Of a stretch of DNA of 64,000 nucleotides, positions 28,260 through 42,610 are shown piece after piece. Source of the stretch: the human T2T-CHM13v2.0 reference genome, Homo sapiens. The notes beneath the pieces were generated by a model. The model was not told the DNA's origin. It did not search any database and saw only the letters and a list, made by a program, of their open reading frames with translations. A program made the position numbers and the translations under genes. Each line of letters starts with the position of its first letter. Positions within the stretch are counted from its first letter, which is position 1. The stretch is from NCBI RefSeq assembly GCF_009914755.1, contig NC_060932.1; one strand, 5' to 3'.

Positions 28260-28767
28260 ATTAAGAATGTGCCACTCCAAAATATGCTGTTCTGGCATAT
28301 TGATGACTCTGAATTAAAGGCAGTTAAAAAAAAAAAAAAAAAAAGACATGCAAGATCATTCTGGCCTTCCTTCTGTTTCTTAAAAGCAGGAGATAAAACT
28401 CCCAGGTGAAAAAAATGTCCTCCTTATACCAGAAGGAAAGCAACATTCCTAACATCAAGGAAAAGAAGTTGAGGCCAATAGAAATCTGTACAAACAAACC
28501 TTGATAAACTCACCCTTATTTTCCTAGTTGCTTCTCTACCCAATTAACTACCCCAGACCAAGCCCCTTTGCCTTGACACCGTTTCACAATTTACTAGTCT
28601 TTGTCCAATTCAGTGTAGAAGTAACTGATTCTTACTGCTTCTTTGGGTCTTCATTTCCTTGTAAGGGCCCCTAGGCCACATAAAACTTGTATTAAATAGA
28701 TTTGGGTTTCTCCTGTTTATCTGAATTCCCAAGCCCAGCTACCACCCCCACCTCCACCCCCGCCCCC

Positions 28768-28811
<44 letters not shown>

Positions 28812-28850
28812 GCCCTAAAAGGGAAGAGGAAAAGTTTTGTCTCTCCTATA
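28260..28850 (+). mobile_element. MER34-family ERV1 LTR
   Basis: 'gccactccaaaatatgct...tggcatattga', 'gaaatctgtacaaacaaaccttg', 'gcttctttgggtcttcatttcctt', 'taaaacttgtattaaatagatttg'. Confidence 0.8.
28771..28810. repeat. (CA)20 microsatellite
   Basis: Perfect dinucleotide run, preceded by a C-rich tract 28741-28768. Confidence 0.97.
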
Positions 28851-29875
28851 CCTTCAATCCTCTAATTCAAAAAATAAAAAAGTGGAGAAGGGTAATTTTT
28901 AAAAAATATCTGTCTCTCTGCCTCACGGCATTGTTACTCCATTGTGGCTCAAATAACAATGGATGTAAAAGTGTTTTGAATACTGCCAAGTGTTATACAA
29001 ATCTCAAGCAATAGAAATTAATGACTTAGACAATCCCTACCTACCAACTCTAAGGCAAAAAGCTGGTGGTCCAATGACGTTTCTATTAGGCACAAATTTC
29101 AGACAATAAGATTGTATAAAAAGCAATCCTTTCAAAGATTTAAGCTCTGTTGCTTTAGAGTTAGCAATTAATGAGAATTAGATTAACATCAAAGACCTGT
29201 GTCAGAAGGGGAGAGGTTGCCTGTGCACAAAGTGGACCTGCCATTTTATTCAGGGTAGACCTGTTTTTGTTTCCGTCTCCCTGAATAAGGAGGAAAGCTC
29301 AAGGTAGTTCAACCCTTCTCTGAAATTGGAAGAGATTTCTTAGCTGGGGTCCTTCATATTTCTATTTTATTTGAAAAGAAGCTTCCAGGTCAGAGATGAA
29401 AGAAAAGCTGCTACAAGTCAGTGCTGGAGCATATAAACCAGTGAGCAATTTTCAGCAAATATCTCATAAAAGATTATGCTTAAGAGAAGTTTTGAAGATC
29501 AGATTTGCTGTTTCAGATAAATATACTTTTTATTCTCAGCCTGCAAGGTAGAAAATGTTCTATTGGAGCAGTTTACCGTCTTTCTGTCTGGAGAAATCGA
29601 TGAGCTTCTAAGGGCTCTCTTTAGATGCCATGGTAACCACATGATTCAGGTCAAGTCTTTCATGTCTGGGATACAGCTTAAGGAATTTTAAAATGCTACC
29701 TCAGGAAAAAAGCTCTTACAGTAGGCACTGCTGGTATGTTCGAGCTGTACATGAGACACATTCACTTCAGGGGCACAGGCAACTGTAAGGCCCCACTGTG
29801 TCCCCCAGTACTGGGAAGCACTTGGGTAGCCAAGATGAATAGAAGACACTATATCGAGGGACTTACAGTGGGTGT

Positions 29876-30199
29876 TGTGGAGTCCTGATAAGATAAGTAA
29901 GCAACAACGAGGAAGGGGCCCCAGGTTGGGGAGGGCCCCACTGTGGGGAGAGAAATGACCAACTGTTCTGAGAAATAGCTAATCACAAACACGTAGCACC
30001 CTCCAGCAAGATGTTATAAAACTTCCCTCCAACCCTTGCCTCTTTGCACACAGCCCTTTCTCTGCTGTGCTACCCATTGCATACTTGCAACATATTTGCA
30101 TACTTTCTCTAACAAATCTGCCTTTCTTTACCTACAACTGTCTTGGTAAATTCCTTTACTGCCCTTGCCACTGACCCCAAATAGTTGCTACCCCCAACA
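29876..30199 (+). mobile_element. LTR47-like ERVL solo LTR
   Basis: TG...CA termini ('tgtggagtcctgataag' ... 'cccccaaca'); TATA-like 'ttataaaa'; perfect 5-bp TSD GGTGT (29871-29875 and 30200-30204). Confidence 0.82.
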
Positions 30200-30919
30200 G
30201 GTGTGGTGCCCAGGGATCAGCAATTATAAAATATCCAAGAATATAGAGTAATTATGACATCATAAAGTCTGAGCTTTTTAAATTTGGTTTTTTAATTAAA
30301 ATTTTATTCTCTAGTTTTCACTGTGACTTCAACTATAAAAGTCTTTCATGAGGATTACATTGGTTAAATATAAACATGAGAATAAGTTGAGTGTTGAGCA
30401 GGAAAACAGTAACAGGATCAGAAAGAAGTTTAAGCTGTTCATTTGGGCCTTCAAATACACTTAGCCTGAAAAACCAGGAAGAGTAAAAGGAGAGCTGTCG
30501 GCCTGTGGGAAAGAACAGCAACTTTGGCTTTACTGGTAAGGCAAAATCACCTCCAGCCTGTGGGTCTCTCTGACGTTTCCCTAGAGATAACAATTTTCCT
30601 TTACTTAAAAGTAATGAACAATTATCAGGTGATGGGGACTTCCTCTTCTTCATTGTGTTTGTGGGTGTTTATACCACATAAGATTACATCAGGAAACACT
30701 TTGGAGGTCACCATACACACTAACCAATGAGCAACTCAATCATTTCTATATATGTACAAGAAAGTTGATAATTTCAACCAAATGATCTTCATATATCCCA
30801 TGAATAAGCTGTGAATTTCTTCAGGGAAGGATACACAAGAGAAATGTCACGTCTGGTTCCTTTTTAATCATGTAGTTGAGGAGGCAAAGACAGACCCACA
30901 GGAAACATGGACAAGAGAC

Positions 30920-31390
30920 ATTGTTTGATCTCTCTTGAAACTTACCTACTCTTCATTTCTTTCTTGACCTCACGGAGTCCTCTTTGACTTCTACCCATCC
31001 ACCATATCCATTAACCACTTTCTCCAACTTTATGGTCAACCCCTACTCCCCCAACACAGACACAAATACACCTTGGTCTCCTTCCTTCTGTGCCCAATCT
31101 GAGAACGTTATGAACTCTCCATAGATCCTCAATATTCTTCTCCTCTTATCTTTTCAACCCTGGATCAATCCTGCATTCTTTACTCTCTGTTCCAACACTG
31201 ATAACTCCAGGAGAAAAGCTACATCTTCCTCAAAGATCCCTTCGAGGAAGTCACGAGGTCTCACTTGAGAATGTTAACTTCCCAGCTAGGCTGTAAGTTT
31301 CTTGAGGACAGAAACTGTGTCCCATACTTCTTTGTTAAGACCAAGGGTACCCCTGAAGGCTCAATAAATCTTTGATGCAATGAATTAATG
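30920..31390 (+). mobile_element. L2 LINE fragments with 3' end
   Basis: Pyrimidine-rich body and terminus 'ctaggctgtaagtttcttgaggacagaaactgtgtc...ggctcaataaatctttg'. Confidence 0.6.
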
Positions 31391-32808
31391 TCAGAAATAA
31401 GGAACTAGAAAGGTCAGTGCTCATTTGACAATCTTATGTATAAAACTTTCCTACCTAGTTTATGTGTAAATAAACACATAAAGTAGGTATGTGCTATTCC
31501 AAAATAATTCAAATTATTGAATTGAATTATATTCAAATTATAGCCTCAGAAGGGACTGCTACCTAAAAATCAGCATGTAAAAATTATTCTGTGGATTTCA
31601 GAGTTGTAAAACTCTTCAAATTTATCTTATAACTCAAAATATTTTCTAATTTAAGATCATCCTTCCTGTTAGTTAAAGCAGTGTAGTGAGATCTTACTAT
31701 ACTATATGAGAAACCACATTTAAAGTTTCACCAAATGGAAATTCATCTTCAGGTCCTATTTGTATCTCTCCCATGGAAAAACAAAAGGGTCTTTCCATGT
31801 TCGTCAGAAAGGCAAATATCAAAGGAATCCTGAAATATCTCATTTCAGGGAGAAGAAAGTCAACATTCTAATGAGGCAATGGCCACTGTGAGGTGTAAAG
31901 TTTCAATGGGACATTGCCCCGAAGGAGTCCTGGGTACTTTGAGTCCACACTGGGAATGCAGAATGCTCTTCCCTTAAGTCAGTGGCAAACTGGTCTCAGC
32001 TGTGTGGGGACAACTGCTCTGCCAAGCAAACTGTGCTGCAGGTCATCAACCTCATACCAGCTTGGCAGGAACAAGCCCGAATGTCACCTGATTCTCCTAC
32101 AAATGTAATAATATCCAACAAGCAACTGATTGGACAGCACACGATGTCATTTTCTCTAATTAAGGAACTCTCAAGAAAAACCAAAATAGCCACAGAGCAC
32201 TGTCAGCAAAGCAATCAGTGGCAACAATTAGCTGTCAACTCCAACTCCCGGGCTGAGCCTTGGGTAGGGAGCTGGGCTAATTGCTAAGAGTTTCCAAATC
32301 AGCATTACATCAGGAGTCAAAGACGACAAGGACGTAAGGAGAGGCCAGAGCCTGCTACACACCAACAGCGCCTGCCTCAAACACTCCTCTAGTGCGGGGA
32401 GTAGCGGGATGTGTAATCACAGGAGCTACTGCCCAGTCATCTGCATTTGCTTGTTTGTTTGTTTCTTGAGAAGCAATGCAGAGGGATCTAATGATGAATC
32501 ATGCAGTGAGCTTCTGAAACAGCTGAAGGCCTAGTGGCTGTGGTCCTTGCTGTTTCTTTACCCTGAGTCACCCTTCCTCTTTACCTGAAACAAGTCTACC
32601 CATTCTTTAAGATCTATAAGCAGTTCATGCCCATCTCCTTTAAAAGGGCTTCAGGACTGCAAAACACACATGAATTTTCCCTTTTCTCAGCTCCCATAGC
32701 AGATCACCACATTGCAAGGTCATTAGTAGCAGGAGTTGAGTAAACATATAAAGCAACTAATATAATACAGTTGTCACAATATGTAATAATATATAACAAT
32801 CAGATATT

Positions 32809-32875
32809 TTTATATATACACACATACACTCACACACACACACAAATATATACCCTCACACACATACATACATAA
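32809..32875. repeat. Degenerate (TA/CA)n microsatellite
   Basis: tatatacacacatacactcacacacacacaca... visible directly. Confidence 0.8.
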
Positions 32876-33289
32876 GTATTAGAGGAAGCATCATTCTCTC
32901 CTTCTCAACATTCCTACTACCTAGGCACATAAAACAAAAACGTTTATCTTCTTGAAACTACTAGAAGGTGATTCTTCTACCTCACTACATCCCTCCATGC
33001 TCCCTCAAGGGAGTGAATTGAATTGCTGGCCTGAGAGTGTATAAGCACATGGTGGTCTAGGTACCTCCCCTTTTCTCTATTTCTGGTCTCAGCAGCTCAT
33101 ATTTTTCTTTTCCATGAAAGAAGATCTCAGCAATCAAAGTAATAGGAGATGTCATTGTAGATGAACCTGTTCATAATTTAAGCTCATTCTCCAATACAGC
33201 AGCACTGGTCCTACTGCTAATCTTTACCTCCCTGTTGGTCTGATGTCTACATTTAGTTCTCCATCCATAGCAAGCCCAGCCCCAATGGA

Positions 33290-33500
33290 TTTAGCAGAAA
33301 GAATATGCCCAACTTAAAGACACATTTCTCATCCTCCTTTGCAGCTAAGGGTGACCATTGAGATTGTGCTGGAATTCACTGGCCAGGGCAACCAGAACAA
33401 CTCTTTACCTGGGCTGACTCCACTGGGAGGCATGACCTCGTGCCCTTCTCTGGCTACCTGCTTGGAACACATATGTAATGGTCCCAAATTGAACAAGATA
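33290..33500 (+). mobile_element. Old MLT1 (J/K-like) LTR fragment
   Basis: 'cacatttctcatcctcctttgcagctaagggtgacca' and 'ctgcttggaacacatatgtaatgg'. Confidence 0.55.
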
Positions 33501-33963
33501 TGTTAAAAAAAAAATTAATGATGTTGCCAGATGTTTTGACTTCATGTCTCTCACTAAGTGGGGAAAGGAATGAGTTTAAAATACCTGAGTCCAAAAACAA
33601 AAGGAAAGACAAAAGGAGAGCAGGTGCTTTAATCCAGAAATCACGGCTAGCATTTTCTATGGAATTAAAGGAAAGAGAACAGCTTAAGAATTTGGATAAA
33701 TGTAAAATTAACCTTTATCAAGATTTGAGAAAACTAGAATTTTGGCAGCACACTCCCTTCACTGAATAACAAGATACTCAAAGTCAGGAAGATTAAAAAG
33801 TTGAGAGCTCTTGGCAAGAAGCTTGTCAGAGGAATGGGTCCTTGCTATGACCCTGTGGGCCAGGTTTTTGAAGCATCAATAGCAACTTCATGCAGGAACC
33901 TGTTTCTTAATCTGAGACCAATATGGAGAGGGCAGAATTGCCCTAGGAAGCAGGCTTCATGTG

Positions 33964-34323
33964 AGTCTCTGTCCATTTGGGCTGCTATAATAAAATACCA
34001 TAGACTGCATGGCTTATAAGCAACATTTATTGCTCACAGTTCTGGAGGCTGGGAAGTCTCAGATCAAAGTGCCAGCAGATTCGGAATCTGGTGAGGGTCC
34101 TATTCCTGATTTATAGAATGGTGCCTTCCTGCTATGTCCTCACATGATGGAAGGGGCAAAATTCCCATAGGTTTCTTTTATTAGGGCATGAATTCCATTC
34201 ATGAGGGCCCCACTTTCATGATCTAATCACCTCCCAAAGGCTCTCCCTCTTAAAACCATCTCTTTGGGGGTTGGGTTTCAACATATGAATTCTGGGGGGT
34301 ATACAAATGTTCCCATCACAGCA
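33964..34323 (-). mobile_element. MLT1A/MLT1A0 MaLR solo LTR
   Basis: 'gggctgctataataaaataccatagactg...ctcacagttctggaggctgggaagtc...tttcaacatatgaattctgggggg'. Confidence 0.9.
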
Positions 34324-34684
34324 ATAGGTCTAAAAAGAAATCTCTTTATGAGAGAAAGCACCAGAAAATTCCCTGCTACAAGAAAGAGTTAATGTTTTTA
34401 AATGCTAGGAGCACAGAGCTCAAAAAAAAAAGTTGAAAAGTAATAAGTTTTAAATAAGCATATCAATGATAATTGTTCAACTAAATTGATAATTTAACTA
34501 GAAAATGCATTTAAATGCCTTAATTCTGTGCACTATACCCCCCACCCCACCAGGTTTTCCTTACAGTAGAGTTACCTTCACAATATTTTGACTTTGAAAG
34601 TTTTTAATCTCATTAAATACAAAGTCGACTGCAAAAAAACACAGAAGCCATGATTACATAAAACACTGCATCTAGTGCATTCTA

Positions 34685-34838
34685 GACATTCTAGTACACA
34701 AGAATTACTCGGGGATCTTGTTCAAATGCAGATTCTGATTCATCAGGTCTGAGATGGGACCTGTGATTCTCCATTTCTAACAAGATCTCAGTGGGTGCAG
34801 ATGCTGCTGGCCCCTGGACCACCCTTTGAATACCAAGG
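34685..34838. mobile_element. MER5A/B hAT DNA transposon fossil
   Basis: 'cttgttcaaatgcagattctgattcatcaggtctg...catttctaacaag...gatgctgctggcccctggaccaccctttga'. Confidence 0.85.
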
Positions 34839-35389
34839 GTGTACATGGTTAATATAAGCAAGCTGAAAGTTGAGGTGATGCTCCCGAGATGGCTAGGAAA
34901 TCAATAAGTTGTGGAATTAGAATGATGTACTTCTCGACCCATAGACATCAGTAGTCCTTCTTTAAGATCTTTCATTGTGTACTCCTCTTCTGAGAAGCTG
35001 CAAACTTCTCCAGAATGCCCATTCTACTGTCTCATTTTTGTATTTTTTTTCATTTTTCTCTCTTTCTCATCACCCTATCTTGAAGGTATTTATGGCAGGG
35101 AGAAGCCAATCTTCCTCTCCCCCTTACCCCAGACCTCAGAATAAAGCTATTCTATTGCAACATTCCTGCCATTGTAGCCATGTATTTCCTGCAAAGGAAC
35201 AAAGAAAAATGCCCAACACAGCCAACCCAAGAAAAGAATAAAATTAAAGTCCTCTCAGTTTTCCTATTAAGTTTTAGATTGTGGTTTTATTGCCTTCTTT
35301 TGATTTGGTTTCCATTCATTTTTGACTGGCAATTGTATTTACAACCAAAATTTTCCTTTAAGCCAGTGACTCTTAAAAAGTTGCAACAC

Positions 35390-37020
35390 AGTTCTACATC
35401 CATGTAAGATACAGAAAACCACAGAGAACATCACTCTCATCCTAACAACAAGAAAAGCTTCATAATCAACAAAATAATACTTGTATTGAACTCATTAGAG
35501 AGCTAAGGACACAAGGCAACGAAGTGAACTGAGTTTACCAAGAGTGGCATGCCCTTCCAAGGAGAAAGGGGTCACACAAACTGTCCCCTTTGGCAGGGCA
35601 TAGTAGGAAGAGGCAGCCATCATGAAAGCAGGAATAAGAAAACAGCTAAAATGTTAATGAATTTCTAAAGGGCAAGTGTGGGCTAGTATGACAGTATCCC
35701 TGGGAGCCTCAGAAACATGAGATGAGCCCCAGCTCTCTCTCAAGCTTGTTCCCAGGGTTCTGCAATGAACACTCATTAAAAAGAAGAAGGGTGGGGCTGG
35801 AGACTGGGGAGTTCTCCTTTTAGTAGGGCACAGGCAAGAAACTCCATCTACCTCCCAAACTTCATTTCATATTAAGCAAAAGCTTTCAACAACTGGTAGA
35901 GGACCAAAACATCTTCCTAGCCCCAAGGTCCAAGCAAAAATCCACTGATTCTTGGAAAGGGGTACAAGCAAAAGCCTGCCATCTGCCCTAAGGGAAGGAC
36001 AAGAAACTTGCAGGTCCAGGATCCTGTGCTGACACAAATAAGAGGTCTGTTACCAGTAAGGGAGGGGCAAGAAACTCTCTCCCACACAAAACACTCCACA
36101 GATACAAGGCAAAGGTTGGCTGCCTTGAAGAGAAGCAGGAACACTAACAAAGCCCCACTCCCAAGGCCCAGAAACATAAGGCCTACCTAAGACTGAGGCT
36201 AGCCCAGGTGAACTGAGAACTCACCACCACTACCACAGCTCTGCCTAGTACAATGAACAAGAGCAATCTACTGCTAGCAGACGAGCACAAACATGAAGAA
36301 AGAGGTCCCCTTTGTGGAGCAAGGATGAAGAGTTTGCTGAAAACTGAGGATGGAGCTTAGACATGGAGAAAAACCCTCTGGCATGCCAAGCATAAGGTCA
36401 CTGCAGTCCACCACTGGAGAACTTTGGAGTCTGTTACACTGAAGGTAACTATGGCAATCACAAATTCAACTCCATCCAAACTCAATACTAATTACCAATC
36501 TTGTTAACTACTAATAAGATTGACTCAACCCTTCATATCAACAATCTTACAGAAGAAAAAATATACCCAATTCTGAGTAACAATATTATTTACTTTATTA
36601 TCTACTGCTCTTCTACAAACACTGTCCAACATGCAATCAAAATTACAAGACACTCAAAAAAGCAAAAACAAAAACAAAAAAACCCTCACCTCATTGTCAA
36701 AATAAAGCAATCAACAGAGCTGGAAAGAGAGATGGCCTGGATGTGAGAACAATCAGAGACTTTAAAATAGCCATGATTAATATGTTAAAGGCTCTCATGG
36801 AAAAGGAAGATAAAATGCAAGAAAAGATAAAGGATCTTAGATGAGAGAGAGAAACTATAGAAAATAAACAAACTTAAAGATAGATTAATAGAAATTTTAT
36901 CCAAATTGAAATCGAAAGAGAAAGAATTTTTTTAACAAAAAGATCATGCAAGAGCTGTCAAACAGTATAAAATGGTCTAATATGCGTATAATTGGAGTAC
37001 CAAACAGGGGAGAGAAAGAT
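35390..37020 (+). mobile_element. Old L1M 5' end and ORF1 fragments
   Basis: 'cactctcatcctaacaacaagaaaagct' L1M 5'-end motif; ORF1-like 'gactttaaaatagccatgattaatatgttaaagg' and 'ataattggagtacca'. Confidence 0.65.
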
Positions 37021-38595
<1,575 letters not shown>

Positions 38596-39790
38596 CCAAA
38601 ATAGACACATAGTGCTATGGCAAAAGAATGGTGCTTGGTCAACTGGATCTTCACGTGGAAAAAAATTAACTTTGACCTTGTACTTCACACCATGTACAAT
38701 GAAATCAATTCCAGACATATTATAGATTGAAATGTAAAGGTAAAATAATATATGAAATTCATAAAATAATGAACTTCTGTTCATAAAAAAGAGTAAAAAG
38801 GTAAACCACAGAAAAAGAGAAGATATTTGTAACACATACATCCTACCAAGGATATATCTAAAATATATATTATTAAAAATGCCTACAACTCAATAAGAAA
38901 GACAATTTAATTTTTAAAACAACCCAATTTTTTCACATTTTTAAGACCTGAAGGGGCTTCTCACAAAATAAGATACCCAAATGGCCAATTAATATATGAA
39001 ATGGTGCCCCACCTCATTAGTCTATAAGGAAATGCAAATTTAAACAATATGATGTTACTACATACCCACCAGAAGAGCTTAACTAAAAAAACAAAAACAG
39101 AAAACACCTTGTTTTGGAAAATATGTGGACTAATTAGAACCCTCATACACTCCTGATTGTGGCATAAATTTTTAAATTGATACACCATTTTTGAAAACTG
39201 TTTGATAGTATCTACTAAAGCTGAACATATGCCTGCCTTATGATCCAGAAATTCCCCTCCTGCATATGTATTCAACAGAAATACGTATATGTAACTAAAA
39301 ACATAACAAAACTGACTCAAGAAGAAATAGAAAACCTAAATAAATCAGAAACTAAATCAGTTAGTAAAATTTCTTTCCTCAAAGAAAACATCTGGCCCAA
39401 ACTGTTTTACTGTCAAGTTCCACCATACATTTAAGTAGCAAGTAATTCCAATATTTTGAAAACCATTCCTGACAAGGAATATCGCAGAAAGATTTTAGTC
39501 AATCTCATTTATGACTAAAACTTAGCAAATTAAATCTAGCTAAGTATAGAAAAGATAACACATCATTACGAAGTTGGTTTTATCTCAGCAATGCAAGGTA
39601 GCTTAACATTAGAAAATCCATTAATGTAAACTAAAATTAACAAATGAAAGCATAAAAATCATTTGATCATCTCAGTGGATATAGAAAAGCATTTAATAAA
39701 ATTCAACATGTATTTATAATAGAGACTTTTAGCAAACTAGGAATAGAAGAGAACATCTTAAGGTGATAATGAATATTTTAAAACTACTTC
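38596..39790 (+). mobile_element. Additional old L1M ORF2 fragments
   Basis: Second ORF2-3' block 38596-39300, then upstream RT-region block 'actgactcaagaagaaatagaaaacct...gatatagaaaagcatttaataaaattcaaca'. Confidence 0.7.
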
Positions 39791-39792
39791 CA

Positions 39793-39920
39793 TCAAATGA
39801 ATGTACCATAATTAATTTAATACAATTTGCCTAGTGTTGGATATTTATATTCTCTCCTTTTCATTTTGTATTATTTTACTATCATAATGTATGCTGTGAT
39901 GAACATTTTTGTGCATGTCA
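39793..39920 (-). mobile_element. L1ME fragment
   Basis: 'gaatgtaccataatt...ttggatattta...atgctgtgatgaacattttt'. Confidence 0.6.
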
Positions 39921-40077
39921 AGTTGCCAGTGCCTCAATTTCCTCATGTATAAGATGGAAATAAGACTCATAAGGCTAAAATGAGGATTACATAGAATGTT
40001 AGGCTTGTGTATGTCTTAGGGAATCTTGGAAGAAAAGTGTTGTTTACAAACCTAAGAAAAACTTGTTCTATACTTAC

Positions 40078-40130
40078 CTAGTGGTAGATCTCTCACAGCA
40101 CACTGCAGGCTCAAGTCAGAAGAAATCACT
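40078..40130 (-). other. Candidate cassette exon (53 nt)
   Basis: Minus strand: ctaag + 'acttttatttttgacag|' acceptor and consensus 'tag|gtaagt' donor; prediction only. Confidence 0.35.
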
Positions 40131-40499
40131 CTGTCAAAAATAAAAGTATTGTCTTAGCTTATCAGGAACTAGGAAGAATAATTAAAAAGTCTAAATACAT
40201 CTAATAGATGTATTTATAGATCTGTTAATATACATAAAATACAAATTTTAAGTCTTAGCATTGTATCACACTTTAATATGCCACTATTTCTTTATTATTG
40301 GTTCTACATTGGTTCTGATTGTTTCTAAAATCGGAATATAATATCTGCAGAATGCAATCAGTGATGGGGATTATTGCTTGCTCCAGGATTCCCTTGTATC
40401 ATTTGCTATTGTCCGCTTATCCCACTTCAATCCCACTAATCAAGTGAGTATGACTACTACCATGCTTGCTTCATCTGACTGTGATATACAGCACTTCAG

Positions 40500-41086
40500 T
40501 TTTGCACAGTAGTCAGAGTGATCATTCTAAAATCTAAGCATAACATTCTTCTCCTGGAACCCCTTCCACAACTTTCTCTTCCCTGTGGATAAAAGCCAAA
40601 CTCCTTGCCATGACATCTAAGGCACTTCATCATTTAACATCTGCCTACTTTTCTAGCCTCATCTCTCATCTCTGTACCATTGCCTGAGCTCCAGCTACTT
40701 CACACTTCCTTCAGTTCCTCCTCACCCCTTGCCAGCTCCCAGCGTTCATACACACTGCTCCCTTGGCCAGGACCACCTTTCTTCCTTCCCCACTCACCTC
40801 CACCTGACTAACTCCTACTTGTCCTTCCATTCTCCACTTAAGTGTTGCTCCTCCAGTCAAGTCATCTGCTACACTTGACCATCTTAAGCTCATTTATTAA
40901 CACTCCCAAAGAACACTGCATTTTTTCTTTTGTAACATCATATATACAAATATACATTCAGTATTTCTTGTCTTCCCTGTAAGTTCACAGATCATGTCTG
41001 TGTCTTTCACAGCTGGATCCTCAATGCCTAGACCAGGACTGGTCTCACAGAAGAAGTTTAATAAATATTTATTGAGCAAAAGAATT
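40500..41086 (+). mobile_element. L2a-like LINE 3' part
   Basis: 'gtcagagtgatcattctaaaa', 'ggataaaagccaaactcctt', terminus 'aataaatatttattgagcaaaagaat'. Confidence 0.85.
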
Positions 41087-41779
41087 AATAGAGCTATCCT
41101 CAGTCCTTAGCTTTCCAATTCATCTTTTGATTCATATTGATAATTTAATAAGCTTCCTACCATATTTCATTAATCAGGACTCACTCATTGTAGAAACAAT
41201 ACTATTTTATATACCAATTATAAAGAAAGAAATGGCACATTATAGTGTGATACAATGCTAAGACTTAAAATTTTTATTTTATACATATTAAAAGAGCTCT
41301 ATTGGACATTTTTGGATTTGTATGATGCCCATAAAAAAGGAAAATATAAAGGTATAAGTGAAATAAATTGGCTTACGTATTCACATCCAGAACCACAGTA
41401 TTAACAGGGTACCAGGCTGAGGTGGGTGGGGGTCAATCAGCCCATAGGCCTCTAGCCACGCCCTGGCACCAGGTGCCTCCACCATGGTGGAAGAGACACT
41501 TTCTGACCTTCCACTAGCCCGGTGAATGACAGTGTACTCCCAGCAGAGACTCTTCTCCCTAACTACTTTTTTGTCCTATTAAAATACCATTTTTAAGGAC
41601 ACAGTTTTTTGATACATAGAAGTTTCTTAGGCATGAGCCGTCACATTGAAGTAGAGAGGATGGGAGTGCCAGAGGTCTCCTAATCCCCATCCAGCACTCT
41701 AGGACTCAGGATCTCAGGTTGGAAATACTCAACCATGTCTGGGAACATGAGGAGGAAAGAGACACAACCGGAAAAGCCA

Positions 41780-42140
41780 TAGCCCTCTCTGTGACTCAGT
41801 TTCCTCATCTGTAAAATGGACATACAGAATTAGATGATGTATTTGTACAGGGTCCCAGCAGAAAAGAGATGATACACTCAAATTGGAGCTTCAGTGCAGG
41901 GGACTATTTACAGGGCGTGAACAGGGTTAAGGGAACCACCAAGAGGTGGTGATGCAGGTGCCTCCCATTGGCCAAATCCAAATAGAAACCAGAGGTCGGG
42001 GAGCCCATTGATGGGATCCATGGAGACCAGCCTCCCTGGATCCAGAACAGTATGGAAAAGGGGGAGGGTGGGTCTGAAAGAACAAATGGAGACTCCCCAG
42101 CACAGATCATCTCTGAGTCCCCACAGAACTGAATAATCCA
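41780..42140 (+). mobile_element. MIR3-like SINE split by an LTR
   Basis: Core 'ctcagtttcctcatctgtaaaatgg...tagatga' resumes 'tctctgagtcccc' after the LTR. Confidence 0.7.
41838..42104 (-). mobile_element. LTR33-like ERVL solo LTR, internally deleted
   Basis: 'tgtatttgtacagggtcccagcag' ... 'cctcccattggccaaatccaa...ccagagg' ... 'cagcaca'; TSD gatga/gatca. Confidence 0.75.
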
Positions 42141-42569
42141 GTATTCTATGATCATTTCAGTAAAGCATTAAGCTTTGCAATAGCAAGAAGAGATTTATGT
42201 TTATTCCAAATACTTGAGGAAAACCCACCAGGATGCAATTTTTCATCATTCCATGTGCTTAGCTCAGATGACTGCACTCTCTTGCAGTTCTTGGAAATGG
42301 TTCAGATTGAGAACACTGCACTATACAGACCCTGTTTTTCTCTAATTGAGCTCTTAAAATGTAGGGGGATTCTGTTTTGAGCTAGTATTGAGGTGTCCCC
42401 TCTGGTCTCATCCTCCAGATCCTTTTCTTTTCAGAAACAGGTTCCTGCAGTGTCCACTACCTTACAGAAAACAGGTTCCAGCAGGAGCAAAGCAAAGGCT
42501 TTGACTTTCTAAGCCAAGCCCTTAGAGTCTCAGAACATAATCAACATGATGAACTAGAGCAATACTTAC

Positions 42570-42610
42570 CACCCTTCCCACACATCCAGACCAAAAACCA
42601 TTCTTTTCTG
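42570..42610 (-). other. Candidate micro-exon (41 or 38 nt, NAGNAG acceptor)
   Basis: Minus strand: 'cctttctctccatacgttcttccag|cag|' and 'gtg|gtaagt'; prediction only. Confidence 0.3.

Noticed and set aside
34707-34787. Inverted repeat gatcttgtt...aacaagatc
   Set aside because: It is the normal internal palindrome of MER5
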